Assembly: GCA_040954595.2 (NCBI GenBank)
Contig: CM082576.2
Location: 3,756,760 to 3,820,759, forward strand
Source: Balanoglossus misakiensis
Taxonomy: Eukaryota > Animalia > Hemichordata
DNA: 64,000 nt
Direction: 5' to 3'
In this document: positions 61,010-64,000 of the stretch, piece after piece
Numbering within the stretch: position 1 is the stretch's first letter
Layout: each line of letters begins with the position of its first letter
Notes under the pieces: generated by a model
Told to the model about the DNA's origin: nothing
The model's input: only the letters and a program-made list of their open reading frames with translations
The model's database searches: none
Made by a program: the position numbers and the translations under genes

Positions 61010-64000
61010 AGTTTTCGGCAAATCAAGATAGTAGGACTTTACTGTAGAAAAGAGAGGACGCATTCTCAGACAACAAAACCGTTTTTTGGCCCCAAAAAAT
61101 CAACGCGAACCGGACGAGAAAAAGAGAGTGATACAAGTAAGAGCTTAGTGAAAGTTATACAGACAGAGAAGAGGACAAATCAGAAAGGCAAAGGTGTAAA
61201 TTCGGAGGCTTTTCTCCATTGAAATGATGCAAAGTTCTCAATTGTAAGATGTAGGCCTAAACCATTTAGATAAGGCAACACAACATTCCATCCGTATGGT
61301 ATCAGAGCCAACTTCAGGGAAATCCAGCACCAGATCATTGCAAGCTCACAAGAAAGTGACACATGCGACATTGCGTGACAAGGCCGTCCCGTAAGTTGAA
61401 CGGCAAGACGTATATCTAGGGCGAGGAGTACTTTGACCATCTTAAATAGCATATTTTCATCTCCATAGCAACAGGAACACGGCTACGCTGTACACTATTG
61501 ACATTTATAATGTTATGATGCCATCTGTCTTGATCAAATGTAAGCAAATTTTGACAAGGTGCACGTCCTCACCACACTAATGTTTGTCATCGCTATTACT
61601 TCAAAGACCACGGGGCAGACCTCCTATTAGCCGGCTGACCCAAAATACATAAATATCTCCGTTGACTAAATATACGCGACGGCATCGCAAATACGGGTAC
61701 GTAAAAACAAACACGTTACACTTTCTTGGGTTGAGTTGAGACAGTATCTTATCTGCGGGTTTGATATTTTCCGCAGATTTGAATTTATCAGCGTTGGAAA
61801 AAACTCGTCAAGAGGAGGGGGATACAACCCACCCTGGTTTCCGAATTGTTTTTTTCGATCCCAAGGGACACCCGTGCCTTCTCTTCCTATTCCTGTTGCG
61901 TCGGTGCCTTTGATGAGCCATTACCTTGGACAGACCAAACACCGCTCTCAGACCGCACTTAAAGCCATATTTTGCTGATAATCCATATCATATACATAAC
62001 TCCCACTTAAGTGCACGTACGCTCTACCGACTTTACCTCAAGGTAATAATTTGTGCTCGACGTTAATCCCGGTATTTTTTTCACTGGTTAACCTTAACCC
62101 TATCCCAAATTCTCTGCTTCACCGCAACTCGTGAAAGAATAAAAAAAAACTTCCTATGGTTTTCACGGCTTCCAGTTTGGGCCGCATAGACATTTTTGTT
62201 TGCAAATATTTTGAATTACGAAACCTGACTGAACTATTTCGTTTCTTGAATTTCAAATGTGAGAAAAGTAAGGTCCATCGTGCTTTTCATCCAATCGTAT
62301 GTAGTTTCGGTCGAGGGTCTATGTTCCAATACTAGGAGAGGATTGTGTACTTCTGTACTTGGGATGCGTCTTGGTATTCATTTTGTGCATATAAGATATA
62401 CTCTTGTTGCTGTCGACAGGTGAATTTTAGCCTGGGTGTAAACACGTGGTTGCGATGCCATACGTTACTCAAATACGGTGAAATTCAGCATTTTCAGCGA
62501 CGACTAAATCTACAATATTCAACTTCTGCGCACAACAACGATATTGGAGGGTTGCGCATAACGATTCAAGTGCGGCAAAGTTATGATGAAAACAAACTGT
62601 CCTTATAAGGACGCTCACTCACTTCTCTGTCTGTCGGCTGCGAAGAGATTTTCCTGAAGATTATGCTTGCTCCTTTTTATGGAAATTTGCCAAAAAGTCG
62701 ACTTCAGGACACCAGCAGTTTGGTTTGTCGGCACAGCCTGTTTGTTTGTAGCCACAATTATCGTTGTTGTTGCTGTTGTTAAGAACAATTGAAAAGTAAA
62801 ACAAAACCTTTAATCAAAATTTATTCTGTATTGGCTTCCGACTGAAACGTACTTTACTCGGAAGTTCGTTCGGTATGCTAATAAATATCTGGACCAAACC
62901 ACACTTGCAAGAGATAAACAAAAGTTGGTATCCATGTCAAGTCCAGTACCGGTATTTGTCTTGTCAATGTCTGCATTTCCTGTGAGAACGGAGGTGTAAG
63001 TCTTACCGGTAGAATGGTGCCAGAGATATCGGCATGCAAAATATGCTGACCTGGTTATTTCGAAATCATTTTCATTCTTAATTATTAAATGTCAAGATCG
63101 CTCAGTACTCAAGAACTCAGTTGTTATAATAATAGTTTCTTGTTTGACTAGGCCTACCCAAAATATTTATAATGTCAACAAAGCCTGCATATGTCGAACA
63201 ATCCTGTTGTTGTTGACAAAATGAATATAAGTCCGGACCAACCAAGGTATTGACTATCACACGCGAGGTGCGTTGACAAGCTGAATATCTGACATTTCAG
63301 TATGCTTCGGGAGACGAACAAGAAACCGCAATCGATACACAGACCAAAAATACTGAACATGTAAAAATAGCCAAAAGTTGCAGCCGGTGTAGCTTTTTGT
63401 CACAGTGGAATATTGCCGGCATTTTCCCCTTTAAATTTATCCATGATCATTGGTGATACCGTTTATAGAATAAGTCTTTGTAGACTCGTTCGGAATAACT
63501 AGGAAATCCGATCAGGGGGAGAGTTTTCTTTAACTTTGTCCGTGATATAAATTTCCAACAAATATGATGAGAATGCCTCCCAAGACGGTTTGTCCTATGT
63601 TTACAAGAGGGATGATCCATATATTTGCAAATATTGCTGTGTGGTCGCAGGTCATTCAATAATTCATAAATGTAATCCGTAGTTGACGAACAGGCCTATA
63701 TTTTTCAAGTGACTGTGTTTATGAACGTTGGTCGTGAATAGTGTCACCTCTTGACGGATTGTGGTCGGTCATGCCCGGTTAAATATTATTAGTGATCGCA
63801 TGACAATGGTTATTACTTCTATCACATTACTGCAAAGTAATTTTCACTAGAAAAAATGGGAAACCTTGACTACCGAACTCGTCTAGTTGGAGAAAAATAA
63901 AAGATAAAAATCCACCAATGAGTAAATGAAGTGGCGGTATAAACAGCACTATACCAGAGATTTTAGCTTTTAGCAGGGACGTCTATGGCAGTGAAACACC

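Noticed and set aside
1-64000. Prokaryotic or phage system (operon, defence island, CRISPR-Cas)
   Set aside because: No long ORFs or operons; spliceosomal introns, microsatellites and animal gene homologues throughout.
56600-64000. 3' exons of a Meis gene inside the window
   Set aside because: I found no TALE homeodomain or Meis-like peptide here; the Meis prediction applies to sequence beyond the window.

Overview
AT-rich, intron-rich animal genomic DNA, most likely from an invertebrate deuterostome (taxon inferred, not shown). It is not prokaryotic, and almost all of the supplied ORFs are non-coding noise. Reading splice sites by hand gives three genes: (1) the first three coding exons of an ETAA1-like ATR activator on the minus strand, running off the left edge; (2) a complete 11-exon CDIN1/C15orf41 gene on the plus strand (1421-42503, 843 nt, 280 aa), head-to-head with ETAA1 across a ~0.5 kb CpG-rich promoter and containing one U12-type intron; (3) a two-exon CXorf65/C22orf15-family gene on the minus strand (145 aa). 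The most interesting observation is the arrangement. In human, ETAA1 lies 3' of MEIS1 and CDIN1 lies 3' of MEIS2, so this window looks like the unduplicated, pre-whole-genome-duplication Meis neighbourhood. The large CDIN1 introns carry an apparent excess of Pbx-Hox motifs, and a minus-strand Meis gene is predicted to the right of the window. Also seen: a sharp CpG-poor to CpG-rich switch near 44.4 kb, a dense E-box/D-box/CRE cluster at 57.4-61 kb, palindromes, a periodic motif array and microsatellites. Homology calls rest on my recall of the human proteins plus splice-phase consistency; no database search was run. I found no support for a wholly new molecular system.
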